A stretch of DNA of 64,000 bases from a bacterium (GTDB lineage: Bacteria; Zhuqueibacterota; Zhuqueibacteria; Residuimicrobiales; Krinioviventaceae). Location of the stretch: contig CAXXFV010000023.1 in assembly GCA_963674595.2 (NCBI GenBank), positions 576,001-640,000 of the forward strand, given 5' to 3'. Within the stretch, counting starts at the first letter, position 1. The number at the start of each line of letters is the position of its first letter. The notes under the pieces were generated by a model. It saw nothing but the letters and a program-made list of their open reading frames with translations, was not told where the DNA came from and did not search any database. Positions 29,681 through 40,038 of the stretch are shown one piece after another. Made by a program: the position numbers and the translations under genes.

Positions 29681-31547
29681 AATTGGAACTAAAAATATTT
29701 CCGCATCCTGGATGATCGCCGCAATTTGTGTTGTTGCGTTATTGGCGCGAATCGTTTTGATTCATCTGCGTTGGATCAATCCGGATGAAGGCGCTCACCT
29801 GATGGATGGACGTTTTATTCTGCAGGGCCTCACGCCCTATGTCGATTATAATGCGCGAATGCCGTTCTATATTTATTTAATTGCATTGTTTTTAAAACTA
29901 TTCGGGATTGGTTTTAGTGCAGGGCGTTTATTGCCTGTTTTTGCCTCTGTTGCCGGCGGCTGGATGATTTACCTTATCGCGAAAAGGCTTTGGAATGAAT
30001 CGGTCGGCTTAACGTCTGCCTCTTTTTATCTGTTCATACCGTTATCGCTTATATGGTCGCCTGTTGTAAAAGAAGAAACCGTTGGCGTGTTTTTTTGCTG
30101 TTTGGCCGTTTATATTCTATTATTGGGAGTTGAGAAAAAATCATCACTCAAATGGATGATTTTAGCAGGTATATTTTCAGCAATCGCTTATTATTCCAGG
30201 GCATCTATGGTCTATATCCCGGTTATTGCAGTTTTAATATTATATATTAAAAATCAAAATAATTTTGTAAAACGGTTTCTGCAATATTGTACCGGTTATC
30301 TTGTCATCGTTCTCGGCTGCTTTTTTTATTTTATTCCCAAAATGACATTTTCCGACTTTATGTCGCGTTCTCTGAATCCACTGTTTTTGGTTTGGAACAG
30401 ACTTTTTTTACTGTTGGGAGTATTGCCGGAAACACAAAAAATTACAGATGATTCCGGATTTCGTATTCTGGGTCAGGATTTTGCCCTAACGACCCAGGCG
30501 TGGCAGAACAGCCTTGTTTTTTGTTTGTTTTTAATGGCGGCTGTTGTTTTGCTTCTGATAAGCAAAAATAGCAATCGTGATAAAACTGCTGATGAAAACA
30601 CCAATTTTGTTGTCGGCTGGGCCGGTATTATCCTCTTTTTCTATTTATTACAGTCAGCAAACCGTGGTTTTTTTAGCCAATATTTTGTTGAGGCCATCCC
30701 GGCGTTGTCCATTACAGCGGCTGTTTTTTTAGAGCGTATTTTGGGTAATATGAATATCCTTAAAAAATTGGCAATGATTTGGATTCCCTTTTATCTGTTT
30801 TTTCTGGTGCAGTGGCGTTTGGAATATACCATTCAAATTGAGATGGTTCTGGCCTTTTCAATTATAATAATGTCTGTTTTTAGCTGGTTTATTTTAAAAC
30901 AAAGAAAATTTATAATCTATCTGCTGATGGTATCTGTACTTGGTTTCTATTTCATTTTTAATATGTTTATAAATAATGAACTGTTTTGTATTATCATTTC
31001 TATGGTTTTTTATTATTATTTGAGTCAGAAATTTAATAATATTAAAGTCAGAATCCCCGGTTATCTTTATTTTATTTTGTTTTTTACTTTTGTATACAGC
31101 GCCCTGTATTCGGGACGTTATATCGAATTCGGATACATGTCGGTCTGGTCTCCTAAAACCGTTCGCCAGGTAACTCGGCTTTTACATGAAGAAGGAAATG
31201 CATCCGACCAGGTTATTAGCGGTGGTACGATCTGGCCGTTTGAGGCAAATATGCAGCCCTATTTAAATATCCCGCATCCGACCGAGTTTGTTAAAAAATA
31301 TCGTCCAGAATTTGAGAAACAGTTTATACAAAACCGGCCCCAATTTGTTGTTCTGGATGGCTATACCCATCGCAAGTTTGAACGGTATTGGACATTTATT
31401 AAAGAACAAGTGCAATTAAATTATAAAGAAATCGGTAAATTTGAGGGGTCCAGATACCCTGTAGTGGTCTATAAATTAAATCCAACTGTAAATAATGAAT
31501 TAACCCCGGCATTGGCAGGTTTGCCTGTTCCCCTGGAAACTTTATAA
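29673..31547 (+). CDS. GT-C glycosyltransferase (ArnT/GT83-GT39 family) #1
   Basis: First-loop 'NPDEGAH', 'PYVD', more than 10 TM, soluble C-terminal domain. Confidence 0.82.
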   Translation: MIKIGTKNISASWMIAAICVVALLARIVLIHLRWINPDEGAHLMDGRFILQGLTPYVDYNARMPFYIYLIALFLKLFGIGFSAGRLLPVFASVAGGWMIYLIAKRLWNESVGLTSASFYLFIPLSLIWSPVVKEETVGVFFCCLAVYILLLGVEKKSSLKWMILAGIFSAIAYYSRASMVYIPVIAVLILYIKNQNNFVKRFLQYCTGYLVIVLGCFFYFIPKMTFSDFMSRSLNPLFLVWNRLFLLLGVLPETQKITDDSGFRILGQDFALTTQAWQNSLVFCLFLMAAVVLLLISKNSNRDKTADENTNFVVGWAGIILFFYLLQSANRGFFSQYFVEAIPALSITAAVFLERILGNMNILKKLAMIWIPFYLFFLVQWRLEYTIQIEMVLAFSIIIMSVFSWFILKQRKFIIYLLMVSVLGFYFIFNMFINNELFCIIISMVFYYYLSQKFNNIKVRIPGYLYFILFFTFVYSALYSGRYIEFGYMSVWSPKTVRQVTRLLHEEGNASDQVISGGTIWPFEANMQPYLNIPHPTEFVKKYRPEFEKQFIQNRPQFVVLDGYTHRKFERYWTFIKEQVQLNYKEIGKFEGSRYPVVVYKLNPTVNNELTPALAGLPVPLETL

Positions 31548-31548
31548 T

Positions 31549-33030
31549 ATGACTTTAAAACAAAGAACTGTTTCCGGGGTGATGTGGACGGGGATAGCCA
31601 AAATGAGTATGCAGATTTCACTGTCTGTTGTAACGCTTATTTTGGCCCGATTATTAACGCCTGATGATTTCGGTATTCTGGGAATGGCGGCCGTTATAAC
31701 GGTTGCTATTGGCCTGGTCAACGAAAGAGGTTTCGGGACCGCCATCATTCAAAAACAGGACATATCGTCCGGTCATTTATCCTCTGTGTTTTGGGGAGGC
31801 GTTTTTTTTTCTTTTATTTTTTACCTGGTTGCCGTCATTGCCGCTTTTCCTTTATCTGTTTATTTTAAAACTCCCGTTGTTATAAAAATAATTTTGGTTC
31901 AGGCCCTTGGCTTTATTTTTGGGGCATTTGGTGTTGTGCACAGATCGCTCCTCACCAAACAAATGGCCTTTAAAAAACTGGCTATAGTTGAAATTATATC
32001 CGTTATCCTTAGTGGCATTGTTTCTATCGTGCTGGCTTTGATGGGATTCGGGGTTTGGAGTTTGGTCCTCGGTATGTTGCTAAGGGACGTATGTCTCAGT
32101 TTTTCAGTATGGATTGTTATATCCTGGAAGCCGGCATTCCATTTTAAAATTAACGAGTTTAAGGAATTATTCGGTTTCAGTGCTTATGTGTTGGCTAATA
32201 ATCTGGCGGTTTATGCCAATACCAATGCAGACGTTTTTATTATCGGAAGGGTTCTTGGCGCCTATTCATTGGGCTTGTATACGGTTGCATTGAATCTTGT
32301 AAAGCTGCCTGTTACACGGTTATCCGGTGTTGTATCCAGGGTTGTGTTTCCGGCTTTTTCAAAATTGCAGGATGATACAATCAAATTGAAAACCGGATTT
32401 TTAAAATCTATTACCATTATTTCAATGTTTACCTTTCCCATTCTGGCACTTTTGGGGCTCTATTCGGAATTTTTTGTAAATGTTTTTTTGGGTGAAAAAT
32501 GGCCGGACCTGGCGCTGCCTTTAACCATTTTAACGCCCATGGCCATGTTAAAATCTGTCGGAACGATCAAGGGCGCCATTATATTGGCAAAAGGCCGTCC
32601 GGATATTGAAGTGAAATGGAACCTTTTTTATCTGCCCTTTTTGGTTATCGCCGTTATGTGGGGCGCAAAATATGGTATAGCCGGAGCCGCGTCGGCATTT
32701 ACCGTATTGTATATTATAACTTTTCCTGTTATACAAACAATTACAAATCGTTTGATTGATATAACATGGATTGAATTTATTTCTGCTTTAAAATTCAGCC
32801 TGATCGCTACTACCGGCCTGGTTGCTCTTTCAATTCCGATGTTGATTTTTATGAAAAATTTCCTCATATTCAGCGATTTGGGCGTACTTATTGTCGGTAT
32901 CCCAGTTTCTATAATTATATACTCTGGTCTATATTGGATTTTTGGCAAAAAATTAATACAGGAAGTTTGGAATTTGATCTTTATCAAGAAAACACGTGTA
33001 TATGACTCATTACCGGGGGAAGAGGTTTAA
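31549..33030 (+). CDS. Wzx/MOP flippase (WzxC-like)
   Basis: 'LARLLTPDDFG', 'GFGTAIIQK', 'GFGVWSLV', 'LGLYTVA', 'FPAFSKLQDD'. Confidence 0.9.
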   Translation: MTLKQRTVSGVMWTGIAKMSMQISLSVVTLILARLLTPDDFGILGMAAVITVAIGLVNERGFGTAIIQKQDISSGHLSSVFWGGVFFSFIFYLVAVIAAFPLSVYFKTPVVIKIILVQALGFIFGAFGVVHRSLLTKQMAFKKLAIVEIISVILSGIVSIVLALMGFGVWSLVLGMLLRDVCLSFSVWIVISWKPAFHFKINEFKELFGFSAYVLANNLAVYANTNADVFIIGRVLGAYSLGLYTVALNLVKLPVTRLSGVVSRVVFPAFSKLQDDTIKLKTGFLKSITIISMFTFPILALLGLYSEFFVNVFLGEKWPDLALPLTILTPMAMLKSVGTIKGAIILAKGRPDIEVKWNLFYLPFLVIAVMWGAKYGIAGAASAFTVLYIITFPVIQTITNRLIDITWIEFISALKFSLIATTGLVALSIPMLIFMKNFLIFSDLGVLIVGIPVSIIIYSGLYWIFGKKLIQEVWNLIFIKKTRVYDSLPGEEV

Positions 33031-34142
33031 TGAATATTACTATTATGGGTATTCGCGGAATTCCTGCGAATTATGGTGGATTTGAGACTTTTATTGAAGA
33101 AATTGCTCCGCGTTTGGTCGAAAGAGGGCATAATGTAACAGTATATGGACGTTCCAATTGTATTGATTACAAAGAACCTTTTTACAAGGGCGTTCGAATC
33201 CGGATTTTACCGACGATAAGTCATAAATATTTGGATACGGTTGTTCATACGTTTTTATGTGCTGTCGCCAATTTGTTTCATAAAAGTGATATTGTTTTTA
33301 TTTGTAACAGCGCAAATGCAGCTTTTAGTTTTATTCCAAGATTTAAGGGCACACCGGTTGTGCTGAATGTTGATGGTTTGGAATGGAAACGTAAAAAGTG
33401 GAATGCGTTGGGAAAAGCTTTTTACAAGATTTCCGAATTTTTAGCAACATTTCTTCCAAATACAATTGTTTCTGACGCCAAGGTCGTGCAAAATTATTAT
33501 GCTGATAAATTTGGTAAAAGTTCGGTATATATACCTTATGGTGCTCCAGACCGCAAGGTTACAACAACCGAGGTTTTAGAAAAGTTTAATGTTGGACCCG
33601 GAGAATATATTTTATACGTCAGCCGCATGGAGCCTGAGAATAACGCCCATCGTGTTGTTAAAGCCTTTGAACAGGTAAAAACAGATAAAAAGCTGGTTAT
33701 GGTTGGTGATGCTCCCTATAATTCTGAATATATACAAAACCTAAAGGCCACCAAAGACAAACGGATCATATTTACCGGCTATGTTTTTGGTCAGGGATAT
33801 AAGGAATTTCAAAGCCATGCATACTTTTATGTGCAGGGAACAGAGGTGGGAGGGACGCATCCCGCATTGTTGGAAGGAATGGGATATGGAAATTGTATCC
33901 TTGCTAATGATGTGCCGGAGCATCATGAAGTTATAGAAGATGCCGGATTGATTTTTTCCAAGACAGATGATAATGACCTGGTGGAAAAAATGCAATATTT
34001 GTGTGATCATCCTGATATTGTTACGGAATATGAAAATAAAATTATTCAAAAAGTACATGACCGTTTTTGTTGGGAAAAAGTTACTAAAGATTATGAAGAC
34101 CTTTTTTATAAAGTAACCAGAATTAAAAAACAGAGTATTTAA
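33030..34142 (+). CDS. GT4 glycosyltransferase (DUF1972-type, rhamnosyltransferase-like)
   Basis: 'GIRGIPANYGGFETF', 'NVDGLEWKRKKW', 'RMEPENN', 'EVGGTHPALLEGM'. Confidence 0.9.
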   Translation: MNITIMGIRGIPANYGGFETFIEEIAPRLVERGHNVTVYGRSNCIDYKEPFYKGVRIRILPTISHKYLDTVVHTFLCAVANLFHKSDIVFICNSANAAFSFIPRFKGTPVVLNVDGLEWKRKKWNALGKAFYKISEFLATFLPNTIVSDAKVVQNYYADKFGKSSVYIPYGAPDRKVTTTEVLEKFNVGPGEYILYVSRMEPENNAHRVVKAFEQVKTDKKLVMVGDAPYNSEYIQNLKATKDKRIIFTGYVFGQGYKEFQSHAYFYVQGTEVGGTHPALLEGMGYGNCILANDVPEHHEVIEDAGLIFSKTDDNDLVEKMQYLCDHPDIVTEYENKIIQKVHDRFCWEKVTKDYEDLFYKVTRIKKQSI

Positions 34143-34161
34143 ACCTTATCCCCGGAAAATT

Positions 34162-34911
34162 ATGAAAAGACTCCTCATTTTAATACCGGCCTACAATGAA
34201 GCCGTTAATTTACCCCCGGTCCTCAAGGCACTCGATCAGTGCCGTTTAAAAATTAAAAGCCTGGGATGGCAGGTTAATATTCTGGTTATCAACGATGGCT
34301 CTGCCGACCAAACCGCGAATGTTGCAAAAAGTTTTAACGTGGATGTACTTTCTCACCCGGTAAATTTAGGATATGGCGCCGCTTTAAATTCCGGGTTTAA
34401 ATATGCTTTGCAGCATGATTTCGACGCCGCCATCAGCATTGATGCGGACGGACAGCATCAGCCCGAAGATATTCTTAAAATGCTTAAAGTGTTTACTTCT
34501 GAAAATGTTGATGTTGTGTTAGGGTCCCGATTTGTGGAAGATACGGGGTACAAAACACATTGGACCCGGTTGGCCGGAATCAAATTGTTTAGTTGTATGC
34601 TCCGTTTACTGAGCGGCAAGTCCATTAAAGATGTAACAACCGGATTTCAGCTTGTCAATAAAAATATTATTCGTCTGTTTGCAGAAGAATATCCGGTGGA
34701 TTACCCGGATACACAGGTACTTTTACTGCTATCTCTGGCCGGTTTTTCTATTAAGGAAATTCCGGTTAAAGTATTTGCCCGGGAACATGGTCAATCCATG
34801 CATTCGTCAATCGGCGCTTTACTTTATCCTCTGCGCAACTTTTTAGCCATTATTGTAACCATGCTTCGAATTGCTCATATTAAAAATTTAATAAAACTCG
34901 GGGAAATTTAG
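34162..34911 (+). CDS. DPM1-like GT2 (polyprenol-phosphate sugar synthase, GacI/PpgS-like)
   Basis: 'IPAYNE', 'NDGSAD', 'HPVNLGYG', 'DADGQH', 'GSRF', 'DYPD'. Confidence 0.88.
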   Translation: MKRLLILIPAYNEAVNLPPVLKALDQCRLKIKSLGWQVNILVINDGSADQTANVAKSFNVDVLSHPVNLGYGAALNSGFKYALQHDFDAAISIDADGQHQPEDILKMLKVFTSENVDVVLGSRFVEDTGYKTHWTRLAGIKLFSCMLRLLSGKSIKDVTTGFQLVNKNIIRLFAEEYPVDYPDTQVLLLLSLAGFSIKEIPVKVFAREHGQSMHSSIGALLYPLRNFLAIIVTMLRIAHIKNLIKLGEI

Positions 34912-36581
34912 TGCTGAATTTTTCTGATAATAATATAAAAAGAAACTGGATTTTGGTAGGTCTGATTTTTGGACTTGCCGCGTTTCTGAGGTTCTATGGT
35001 ATCGATTTCGGCAGCCCCTTCCGTTATCATGCTGATGAAATAAAACTTGTTTCCCAGGCAGGACGATTACTGGATTCGCATTTTTTCTCAAAAGATGTCT
35101 ATTTTGCTATTGGTGTTTATCCGCCTTTATATACATATATACTGGCAGTGCTGTTTGGAGTCTATATCGGAGTCGGATTGCTTTTTGGCCGTTTTGACTC
35201 TCTGGAACATGTTAAGGCAAGTTATTTCCTGGATCCCTTTCAATATTTTTTATTAGGACGCATATTTGTAGCTATTCTGGGATTATTGTCAATTTGGGTG
35301 CTGTATCTTCTTGTAAAGCGCCTGTATTCACAAAAAATTGCTATCATTTCAATTGCGTTACTTGCTGTTGAATTTGTTCATGTAAGGAATTCTCATTTTA
35401 ATACGGTTGATATTCCTGTAACTTTATTTTCTATTTGTTCTATTTATTTTAGCTCACTCATAATTACGAAACAAAAATCCTTAAAGTATTATATCGGCGC
35501 CGTTTTTTTCGCTTCCTGTGCTGTTGCGGTCAAGTTTAGTGCGTTTTATGTTTTGCTGCCCCTGATTTATGCACATATCTATCATGCTTTTAAGGAAAAT
35601 AGTTTTAAAGCGGTGTTTTCCCGTGAAATATGGATTTCCGGAATCGTTGGTCTATTGGTTTTTCTTATTGCTTGTCCATTGTTTGTTTTGGATTTCAACC
35701 AAACAATGAACGGAATCATTGGTACACAAAAGTTTGAAAAGTATGGTAAAATCGGCAGCGGCGGCAGTCTGTTGTCCTATTGGACCGGTGACCAATCACC
35801 TGGTTTTGGGCCTTTTTACCCCAATAGTATTCCGGAAACATTTGGCTATGTTTTAATGTTTGCAGCAATTGTTGGATTGTTGATACAAATTTTAAAACAT
35901 AAAAAGCAGGATATTCTTTTATTAACTTTTATTCTTCCTACATATCTGTTGTTTGAAAATATGGCTTATAAAGCCATGCGGCATATTTTGCCCATTTTAC
36001 CATTTTTGATGGTAAGCAGCGCTGTGGCAATAACCTGGTTTACGGATCGAATAAAGAATAAAAAAATTGCCAATTTTTTATTAATAGCTTTTGTTGGATT
36101 TAATATTGTTTTTCTTGGTATGAAAAATATAGTATATTTTAATAAACTTGAAAAGACAGACCCGCGAACGGCTGCTTTTTACTGGATTGAGGATAATATT
36201 CCCGAACATTCGAAAATTGTTGTAGAGGCTTTTCCGCCCCCGTTATATTTTTCGGAAACAGATGCTGAACAAAGGTACAAAGTTTATAATAAAGAGTATC
36301 AAATATCTCAACTTAAAATGACAACCCGGAAGCCCAACTTTGCTACAAGTGTCATTCAAATGATCCGGGATGAAGGTCTGGAATACTATATTGAGGATGG
36401 TTTTTCTCACAGTTTTTTTGACTGGAAATATACAAACCAAAAATATCCTCTTGTTGTTAAAGACCGGGAAAGGCTAAAAGAGTGGGTTGTTGCCAATAGC
36501 GAACTGGTCAAATCCTTTGATTCTGAAAATCCGAATATTCAACCCTATATTAAAATTTATAAAATGAATTTGCAAAAATGA
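34911..36581 (+). CDS. GT-C glycosyltransferase (GT39/ArnT-like) #2
   Basis: 'LRFYGIDFG...HADE', 'YPPLY', 'SHFNTVD', many TM; GTG start overlapping the upstream TAG. Confidence 0.85.
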   Translation: MLNFSDNNIKRNWILVGLIFGLAAFLRFYGIDFGSPFRYHADEIKLVSQAGRLLDSHFFSKDVYFAIGVYPPLYTYILAVLFGVYIGVGLLFGRFDSLEHVKASYFLDPFQYFLLGRIFVAILGLLSIWVLYLLVKRLYSQKIAIISIALLAVEFVHVRNSHFNTVDIPVTLFSICSIYFSSLIITKQKSLKYYIGAVFFASCAVAVKFSAFYVLLPLIYAHIYHAFKENSFKAVFSREIWISGIVGLLVFLIACPLFVLDFNQTMNGIIGTQKFEKYGKIGSGGSLLSYWTGDQSPGFGPFYPNSIPETFGYVLMFAAIVGLLIQILKHKKQDILLLTFILPTYLLFENMAYKAMRHILPILPFLMVSSAVAITWFTDRIKNKKIANFLLIAFVGFNIVFLGMKNIVYFNKLEKTDPRTAAFYWIEDNIPEHSKIVVEAFPPPLYFSETDAEQRYKVYNKEYQISQLKMTTRKPNFATSVIQMIRDEGLEYYIEDGFSHSFFDWKYTNQKYPLVVKDRERLKEWVVANSELVKSFDSENPNIQPYIKIYKMNLQK

Positions 36582-38359
36582 TCAAAAAATGTATTAATTT
36601 TTTTATTGAAAAAATATCAAATCGTCGGTTTTTATTACTGCTTCTCAGTGTTGCACTGGTTGTTCGTTTAGTGTATATTTTGACGCTTGAAGACAAATGG
36701 TACTTTTATGATACGGTCCATTATGATACGGCGGCCCAAAGCTTGTTGAACGGTGAAGGATTTGGCAAGAGCCTTCATTTTTTCACATTATATTCGCAAT
36801 ACTGTTTGGAACCTTTATATCCGCTGTTTTTATCATTTATTTATTTTATCTTTGGGCGTAATTTTTTAATTGTACGTATTATTCAGGCTTTGATAAGTGT
36901 TGCCACTGTTTTTCTTCTTTATAAATCGGCCAAAGAATTGGGGAATGAAAAAACAGCCCGCTGGACAGCTATCATAGCTTCCTTTTATCCGTTTTATATT
37001 TTTCTTTCCGGGGTTCTTTATGTGACCCAATTGGGATGTTTTTTTCTGCTGGCTGCTTTTTATGGTTTTGTCCGTTTTTCAAAAACGGCAAGTAAAAAGT
37101 GGCTTTTGTTTGCCTCTTGTTTTTATGCTCTGACTTTACATACACAGCCTGTGCTTTTTCCAAGTGTTTTATTATTTGTCCTGTGGATATTGTTTTACCG
37201 GAAAAGAAAATGGAAAAGAGCCGTTATCGATATTTTTTTATTCGGCTCAGTACTGTTTGTGCTTTTGGTCCCCTGGACAGTCCGTAATTATATTGTATTT
37301 AAGCAAATAACCCCAATGCGGGCGTGTCTGGGCCGTGAAGGTGAGATAGTAAACTCTATAAAGATTAAGTTTGAACGTAATAAAGTAATGACTCAAAACG
37401 TTTTTGCTCACAATAAAATCGGCTTTTATACGTATATGGAAAATAAACGTATGATGATCGACTGTTTTGTTGATGACAGTTATTTTTTAACAATCGGTAC
37501 AAGACAGGAACCGGATTCTCTTTTTCCGTATTTTGGACTGGTTTTTAACGGTGATGAGGCACATTACATAAAAAGCTTTTCTGCCTCTCTGCGTCAAATT
37601 ACCGGTAATGACACGGTCGATACACCTGTGGTCCAATCAGGAAAATCTATGGGTGCTTTTACGGCAACGGACCAAATATTTTTGGAAGATGCTAAAATTC
37701 TCGTAAAAAAAACAGATGAAAAATGGAACAATCGGATTGTTTTTAATACATCCAATAAAACCAATTTTTATGAAATTGTTTTCCCCAATGATATATCTCC
37801 GGCCAATGTGAGAAGGGTGGGGGTACTGTTTTCGCTGAATAAAGCTGACTTGAGTACCAATGGTTATATGGTTTGGCTGCACCCCTGGCTTGAACCGGAT
37901 TTATGGATTTTTAAAGATGGGATGCCATCAAACTCTGTTTATATAAAAAAAATTGTTAAAGGACAGAACCAATCCGGTTTTTCCAGTATAGTACAATTGG
38001 TTGTAAATCATCCGGTTGAATTTTTTCGGGACCACTTTATTCCTGAATTTTTTAAATTCTGGTCTCCTTATATTGATCGAATTTTTACAACTTCTAATGA
38101 ACCTTCTTTGCAGATACAAGTTGTTTCATTTATTTCTCTTTTACCGTTGTTGATTTTTGCCCCTATTGGGTTGTTCAGGCAAAAAAATATCAATATTATA
38201 ATTTTAATATTGATACCGGTTTTAACGACCAGTATCGGATATTCAATTTTTGAAACTCAGGTGAGATATCGACTGGTTTTGGACGGTTTTTTGATATTAC
38301 TGGCTATTCCCGGATTTGAATGCTTTTTACAATTATTTCGAAAAAATTTTAGAGATTAG
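36578..38359 (+). CDS. GT-C glycosyltransferase #3 with an inserted beta-rich periplasmic domain of about 180 aa
   Basis: 'DTVHYDTAAQSLLNGEGF', 'PLYPLFL', 'PWTVRNY', 'RYR'; soluble insert at about 37400-37950. Confidence 0.85.
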   Translation: MIKKCINFFIEKISNRRFLLLLLSVALVVRLVYILTLEDKWYFYDTVHYDTAAQSLLNGEGFGKSLHFFTLYSQYCLEPLYPLFLSFIYFIFGRNFLIVRIIQALISVATVFLLYKSAKELGNEKTARWTAIIASFYPFYIFLSGVLYVTQLGCFFLLAAFYGFVRFSKTASKKWLLFASCFYALTLHTQPVLFPSVLLFVLWILFYRKRKWKRAVIDIFLFGSVLFVLLVPWTVRNYIVFKQITPMRACLGREGEIVNSIKIKFERNKVMTQNVFAHNKIGFYTYMENKRMMIDCFVDDSYFLTIGTRQEPDSLFPYFGLVFNGDEAHYIKSFSASLRQITGNDTVDTPVVQSGKSMGAFTATDQIFLEDAKILVKKTDEKWNNRIVFNTSNKTNFYEIVFPNDISPANVRRVGVLFSLNKADLSTNGYMVWLHPWLEPDLWIFKDGMPSNSVYIKKIVKGQNQSGFSSIVQLVVNHPVEFFRDHFIPEFFKFWSPYIDRIFTTSNEPSLQIQVVSFISLLPLLIFAPIGLFRQKNINIIILILIPVLTTSIGYSIFETQVRYRLVLDGFLILLAIPGFECFLQLFRKNFRD

Positions 38360-38368
38360 GAGAATTTC

Positions 38369-38803
38369 ATGTCACTTGAAATTGGAATTTCCTTAAGGGG
38401 ACGCTTGATATTAATTGCGCTGGGATTGGTTTTTATTTGGTTTATTTTTGCGTTGTTGAAAAAAAGAAAAATCAACGAGCCTATTGCCTTGATCTGGCTG
38501 CTTATTTCTATCGGCTCAATTATCGTTCTTTCCAATAATAAAATGCTTTTGGCTTTTACACATTTACTTGGCGCTAAATATCCGGCTTCTGCGCTGGCTA
38601 TGATCGGATTTTTATTTATCATTTCACTGCTTTTGTATTTTACATTTGAGGTGTCCTGGTTACGGAGCAAGTCAAAAGACCTTATACAACATGTTGCTAT
38701 CCAGCAATTTGAATATGAAAACAAAATTAAAGAATTAGAACAAAAAATATCTATATTATCAAGTAAAATTGAACAAAATACAAATAAAGACCAGGAATCG
38801 TAG
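38369..38803 (+). CDS. DUF2304 membrane protein (GacJ/Rv3632-like)
   Basis: 3 TM, 'KRKINEPIALIW', 'LLGAKYPAS', C-terminal coiled coil 'DLIQHVA'. Confidence 0.85.
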   Translation: MSLEIGISLRGRLILIALGLVFIWFIFALLKKRKINEPIALIWLLISIGSIIVLSNNKMLLAFTHLLGAKYPASALAMIGFLFIISLLLYFTFEVSWLRSKSKDLIQHVAIQQFEYENKIKELEQKISILSSKIEQNTNKDQES

Positions 38804-38850
38804 GTTCTGAAAATTAGAATAAATTGCCAAGGAAAAGTTGAGTAGAAATT

Positions 38851-39597
38851 TTGAAAAATAAAAAAATAACAATTGTCATCCCCGCACTTGACGAAGAAAA
38901 AAACTTGCCGCATTTGATACCGCGTTTTCAAAATGCTGCAAAATCTCTTTTAGAATCCGGATTTCAACCGGAACTGGTTTTGATTGACGATGGCTCTACC
39001 GACCAAACGTCCCGAATTGCCAAAGACCATGGATTTTCTGTCGTATCACACCCATATAATCTTGGCGTGTGCGCGGCATTACAAACCGGCTTTTTATTCG
39101 CCGTACAATCGGATAGTGATTTTCTTATTACCATTGATTCTGACGGGCAGCATAATCCCGAAGATATCAGCCTTTTATTAAAGAACCATTTGGAGCATGA
39201 TGCAGATATTACAATTGGTTCCCGTTTTATTAATGAAACCGGGTATGAAAAACAATTGTCCCGTTATATTGGAATTTTGTTATTTTCATTTATTATTAAA
39301 ATGTTTACCGGGAAAAAAATTCACGATATTACATCCGGATTTCGTGTTTTTAGTAAAAAAGCTATAAAATTTTTAGCCAATCATTTTCCGCAAGATTATC
39401 CGGATGCAGAAATACTCATTCTGCTGGCCCGGTTCGGTTATCGTATACAGGAATTCCCTGTGGGTATGAATGCAAGAGTGCATGGAAAATCCATGCATAA
39501 TTTTTTCACCTCAATAATTTATCCCTTTAAAAATGTCATCGCTATATTTGCCGTACTTTTAAGGATACATTTTATTAAAAAAAGAGAAGAGCAATGA
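38851..39597 (+). CDS. DPM1-like GT2, paralog of 34162-34911
   Basis: 'IPALDEE', 'DDGSTD', 'HPYNLG', 'DSDGQH', 'GSRF', 'DITSGFR', 'DYPD'. Confidence 0.88.
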   Translation: MKNKKITIVIPALDEEKNLPHLIPRFQNAAKSLLESGFQPELVLIDDGSTDQTSRIAKDHGFSVVSHPYNLGVCAALQTGFLFAVQSDSDFLITIDSDGQHNPEDISLLLKNHLEHDADITIGSRFINETGYEKQLSRYIGILLFSFIIKMFTGKKIHDITSGFRVFSKKAIKFLANHFPQDYPDAEILILLARFGYRIQEFPVGMNARVHGKSMHNFFTSIIYPFKNVIAIFAVLLRIHFIKKREEQ

Positions 39598-39998
39598 ATT
39601 ATTTACTGGATGTATCGCATCAAACAAAAATTGTTATTACGATAATTGGATTGGGATTTATCTTTTTTAATATTTGGCTGGTTTATCGTCGCAAACTTTC
39701 CGAAAATATGGCGTTGGGATGGAGTGCCATTACGATTATTTCCGTCACAGTTGTCCTCAGCGGCCCTATACTTTCTCATTTTGTCCGAATAACCGGGATT
39801 AAATCCGGCGCTGTTGCCATATCTATGGCCGCGTTTGCTTTTATTTTTGCCATACTTATTCTTTTTTCCATCAAAATGTCTACATTGACAAATCAGAACC
39901 GAAAATTGGCACAGCAAACAGGTTTGTTGGAACAGAAAATTGATAAACTGGAATTACAGTTAAGCAACCGATTAAATTCCGATCCTGAAATCATGTAA
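39594..39998 (+). CDS. DUF2304 membrane protein, second copy
   Basis: 3 TM, 'RRKLSENMALGW', 'RKLAQQ' coiled coil; ATGA-coupled to the GT2. Confidence 0.82.
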   Translation: MNYLLDVSHQTKIVITIIGLGFIFFNIWLVYRRKLSENMALGWSAITIISVTVVLSGPILSHFVRITGIKSGAVAISMAAFAFIFAILILFSIKMSTLTNQNRKLAQQTGLLEQKIDKLELQLSNRLNSDPEIM

Positions 39999-40038
39999 AT
40001 GAACGTTATTTACCGGAATTAGAAATCTGGGATATATA

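Noticed and set aside
38356-38931. 191-aa minus-strand ORF
   Set aside because: Antisense to DUF2304 and GT2 genes that have clear family motifs.
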